DNA of 64,000 nucleotides from Squalus acanthias (taxonomy: Eukaryota). The stretch spans positions 148,430,001 to 148,494,000 of the forward strand of contig CM059432.1 of the NCBI GenBank assembly GCA_030390025.1, read 5' to 3'. Below the pieces are notes generated by a model that was not told the DNA's origin, did not search any database, and saw nothing but the letters and a program-made list of their open reading frames with translations. This document shows positions 59,923-64,000 of the stretch, piece by piece; position 1 is the stretch's first letter; every line of letters starts with the position of its first letter. A program made the translations under genes and the position numbers.

Positions 59923-62318
59923 AAGAACAGAAGAATTAAGAGCGGGAGTAGGCCATATTTCCCCTCGAGCCTGCTCCGCCATTCAATAAGATCGTGGCTG
60001 ATCTTGGACCTCAACTCCACTTTCCCGCCCGATCTCCATATCCCTTGATTCTCCTAGAGTCCAAAAGTCTATCGATCTCAGCCTTGAATATACTCAACAA
60101 CTGAGCATCCAAAGCCCTCTGGGGTAGAGAATTCTAAAGATTAACAATCCTCTGAGTGAAGAAATTCCTTCTCATCTCAGTCTTAAAAGGCCGACCTTTA
60201 AGACTACGCCCCCTAGTTCTAGACTCTCCAGCCAGGGGAAACAATCTCACAGCAACTACCCTGTCAATCCCCTTCAGAATCTTATCTGTTTCAATGAGAT
60301 CACCTCTCATTCTTCTAAACTCCAGAGAGTATAGGCCCATTCTACACAATCTCTCATGATAGGACAGCCCTCTCATCCCAGGAATCAATCTAGTGAACCT
60401 TCTTGCACCGCCTCCAAGGCAAGTATAACCTTTCTTGGGTACGGAGACCAAATTTGTGCACAGTACTCCAGGTGTGATCTCACCAAAGCCCTGTACAATT
60501 GTAGCAAGACTTCCTTACTCTTGTACTCCAACCCCCTTGCAATAAAGGTCAACATGCCATTTGCCTTCCTAATTGCTTGCTGTACCTGCATGCTAACTCT
60601 CTATGTTTCCTGTACAAGGACAACTAAATCTCTCTGAACATCAACATTTAATAGTTTCTCACCATTTAAAAAAATATTCTGTTTTTCTATTCTTCCTACC
60701 AAAGTAAATAACCTCACATTTCCCCACATTATACTCCATCTGCCACCTTATTGCCCACTTACTTAACTAATCTATATCCCTTTGTAGACTCTTTGTGTCC
60801 TCCTCACAGCTTACTTTCCCACCTAGCTTTGTATCGTCAGCAAACTTGGATACAGTACACTCAGTCCCTTCATCTAAGTCATTAATATAGATTGTAAATA
60901 GCTGAGACCCCAGCACTGATTGGCACCCCGCTAGTTACAGCCTGCCAACCTGAAAATGACCTATTTATCCCTACTCTCTGTTTTCTGTCCATTAAACAAT
61001 CCTCAATCCATGGTAATACATTACCCCCAATCCCATGAGCCCTTAGCTTGCATAACAACCTTTTATGTGGTACCTTATTGAATGCCTTTTGGAAATCCAA
61101 ATATACTACATCCACTGGTTCCCCTTTATCACAAAACTCTAATAAATTTGTCAACCACAATTTCCCTTCCATGTTGATTCTACCTAATCATATTGGGCCA
61201 GAAATTCGGTTTTCCGGCTTCCTGCGGGTGCAAGCATCGCGCGCGTACTTACCTACCGCGCCTGCAGTTGTGCTTTGGGCCCACGAGGACTTCCGATCCT
61301 GGGCCTCCTCCAGCTGCCGGCACGCAGTGCTGTGTATCCCAGGGGCGCAGTTAGTTCAAAGCGTCCCCTGGGATCACGTGGGCCATGGAGAGCCAATCGG
61401 AGCAGGGAATTTTCATTCATAGATTTGGCAGGAAGACCTGTCAAATCTATGAATAGAGATCGGCCCCAAAACCACATTTAAACTTCAAATATTTTTTTAT
61501 CACATTTTTAAAATAACTATAAGTTAAATAAATTAACTACTTTAAACAAAAACTTAAATTTTTGAAAAATTAATTATACTTTTTAACGGTGCTAAAAATA
61601 AACTTACCTTTCTTTAAAGTATCTAAAAAAGATAAACCTGTTGAAAAGATTTTTAAATTGTAATTAATTAACCACTTACCTTGTTAAAAACAGGTCCTGC
61701 GCCTCCTTTTTAAAAGCGCAGCTTCTTCATACTTACCCTCCCGGAGAAACCTGAAAAAAAACCTGAAGTTCGCTGCGTGCGCGCAGCCTCTCCCACGCAC
61801 GCGGTTCACCTCTGAACCGTTCCCTTCACGAGACCGGAAGTTCCGGTTTCCCGCGCATGCGCAGTGCATGCAGGAAACCGGCACTTCAGGAGGCCTTACG
61901 GGTGAGTACACAGCGCGTACTCACCCGGCAAGTGCCGAATTTCTGGGCCAATTTTTCTAAGTGCCCTGTTACCACTTACTTAATAATAGATTCCAGCATT
62001 TTCCCGATGACTGATGTCAGGCTAACTGGCCTGTACTTCCCCATTTTCTCTCTCCCTCCTTTCTTGACTAGCGGGGTTACATTTGCGACCTTCCAATCCA
62101 CTGGGACCATTCCAGAATCTAGGGAATTCTGGAAGATCAAAACCAATGCATCTATTATCTCTGCAGCCACCTCTTTTAAAACCCTAGGGTGTAGGCCATT
62201 AGGTCCTGGGGATTTGTCGGCTTTTAGTCCCATTAGTTTCTCAAGTACTTTTTCTCCACTGATATTAATTACTTTAAGTTTATCACTCTCATTAGCCCCT
62301 TGGTTCCCCACTATTTCC
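59923..62318 (-). mobile_element. CR1 LINE RT and 3' end, interrupted by an M1 MITE
   Basis: ORFs 61976-62311, 60882-61172, 60385-60591 and 60134-60451; tail at about 59923. Confidence 0.9.
61195..61949. mobile_element. MITE family M1, copy 4 (divergent subfamily)
   Basis: TIRs GGGCCAGAAATTCGG / CCGAATTTCTGGGCC and shared internal blocks (ttccgatcctgggcctc, gctaaaaataaacttacctt). Confidence 0.8.
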
Positions 62319-62472
62319 GCTGCTTAATACTGTAGATTTTCCCCTAGTATTATAGTGGCAGCAATGAACATTCAGTTACATTTGGTCTTCCACTTCAGAC
62401 TTGAACTCATATAGTCATGAAACACAATAGATTAGCTCCCCAAATGTCCTAGTCAATAAGCACTACCCATAC

Positions 62473-62785
62473 AGGTCCGAGGTCCTAATCTGTGCTGTTA
62501 GAACTGCCCTCAAAGCCACTAGACTTGGGAGAGGAATAATCAGTCAGGGTTTGTGCTCCTGATTGCTATCTCTGCTGGAAAGTGCACTTGTATCATCAGT
62601 TGTCAAGAGGACCAGGCTCAGCAGTCATGTCTTTCATGGAACAACAGATTGTTGGAACTCACCGCCTTGGCTCACACATTAAGAATGGTCACTTGGACAA
62701 GGTACCAGAGGGCTATCACCACCTGTGGATCTATAGCTAAATAAAAGTAACAGCTTCAGCACAGACGGGAAGAACTTGAGGAAAA
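62473..62785 (+). mobile_element. LF-SINE-like relic
   Basis: cagggttt.tgctcctgattgctatc...ggctcacaca..aagaatggtcacttgg..aggtacc motifs. A related head fragment lies at about 50570-50710. Confidence 0.5.
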
Positions 62786-62859
62786 TAACACAACCGACCA
62801 AGCAATATTTAATCCCAGCTGCCATGGATCGGAGTCATTCCATGAGCCTCAGGCACTGC

Positions 62860-63238
62860 TTCCCCCACCTTCAAAATTGTCATCTTCAACCAGTTCCTGA
62901 AAAAGGCCACCCTCTGCTCTTTCATCCGCTCCAATTACTCTTGTTGGAAACTCTCAAACCTCCCTTTCTTCTTTAAGGTTCTGAAATATGTGGTCACCAC
63001 CCAGCTCTACGTCACTTTTTTCACATTTCCATGGCATTTGACACATCCTCCTCCAGCATTCCTCCTTCTTGGCCCAGCTCGATGGCACTGCCCTCGCTTG
63101 GTTCCATTCTTATCTGTTCCAATGCAGTCAGCATGTCTGTTGTCTGAAACCCTCATCCGTGCCTTTGTTACCTCTATTCCAATGACTACTCCAATGCACT
63201 CCTGGTTGGCCTCTCACGTTCTACCCTCTGCGCACTTG
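62860..63238 (+). mobile_element. L2-like LINE relic
   Basis: Degenerate ETLIRAFVTS..DYSNALL-type and N LPFL.KVLE-type segments. Confidence 0.55.
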
Positions 63239-63241
63239 AGA

Positions 63242-63600
63242 AGAAGATTTGCATTTATATAGCGCCTTTCACGACCTCAGGACGTCCCAAAGCGCTTTAC
63301 AACCAATGAAGTACTTTTAAATTGTAGTCACTGTTGTAATGTGGGAAACACGGCAGCCAATTTGCGCACAGCAAGGTCCCACAAACAGCAATGTGATAAT
63401 GACCAGATCATCTGTATTAGTGATGTTAATTGAGGGATAAATATTGGCCAGGACACCAGGGATAACTCCCCTGCTCTTCTTCGAAATAGTGCCGTGGGAT
63501 CTTTTACCTCCACCTGAAAAGGCAGGCAGGGCCTCAGTTTTACGTCTCATCCGAAAGATGGCACCTCCAACAGTGCAGCACTCCCTCAGCACTGCCCCTC
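63242..63600 (-). mobile_element. SacSINE1-like Deu-domain SINE
   Basis: Tail ttgcatttatatagcgcctttcac and Deu-like core gtctcatccgaaagatggcacctcc. Confidence 0.78.
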
Positions 63601-64000
63601 CGACAGTGCAGCACTCCCTCAGCACTGCCCCTCCGACAGTGCAGCACTCCCTCAGCACTGCCCCTCCAACAGTGCAGCGCTCCCTCAGTACTGCCCCTCC
63701 AACAGTGCAGCGCTCCCTCAGTACTGCCCCTCCGACAGTGCAGCACTCCCTCAGCACTGCCCCTCCGACAGTGCAGCGCTCCCTCAGTACTGCCCCTCCA
63801 ACAGTGCAGCACTCCCTCAGCACTGCCCCTCCGACAGTGCAGCACTCCCTCAGCACTGCCCCTCCGACAGTGCAGCACTCCCTCAGCACTGCCCCTCCAA
63901 CAGTGCAGCACTCCCTCAGCACTGCCCCTCCAACAGTGCAGCGTTCCCTCAGCACTGCCCCTCCGACAGTGCAGCACTCCCTCAGCACTGCCCCTCCGAC
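63571..64000. repeat. 33-bp minisatellite, 13 copies, running off the window end
   Basis: Unit cagtgcagcactccctcagcactgcccctccga; accounts for the (LRECCTVGGAV)n pseudo-ORF. Confidence 0.97.

Noticed and set aside
63317..63988. 223-aa Cys-rich repetitive ORF, or a CRISPR-like array
   Set aside because: It is a pure 33-bp tandem repeat with no spacers, derived from a SINE; the ORF exists only because the unit lacks stops.

Overview
This is eukaryotic, repeat-saturated vertebrate DNA, most likely from a cartilaginous fish (inferred from HER1-like CR1 LINE tails and SacSINE1-like Deu-domain SINEs). The host gene is integrin alpha-9 (ITGA9) on the minus strand. Three phase-compatible coding exons (39510-39599, 35347-35455, 16061-16168) splice into SGNVERNESLHDNTLLLTMPLKHEVDTAVTGSISPASFIYGDSVDASKFIQLEDMSCLFQPFNLTFQVINMGPSSAPELAVQIMIPSRLFANGADLFLVQEAV, and the rest of the window is intron. 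The introns contain: (i) a complete two-gene PIF/Harbinger transposon (29885-34149) with TIRs, a TSD, an intact DDE transposase and a spliced Myb/SANT gene, plus a deletion derivative and MITEs sharing its ends; (ii) a second, decayed Harbinger; (iii) Penelope-like element ends carrying minimal hammerhead ribozyme motifs, including a 212-bp fold-back insert with a hammerhead core on each strand; (iv) many nested CR1 LINEs, one with an ORF2 broken by a single stop; (v) RTE, L2 and SINE relics; and (vi) several minisatellites. There are no prokaryotic systems or CRISPR arrays. All family and gene assignments come from recalled motifs, not database searches, and many repeat boundaries are approximate.
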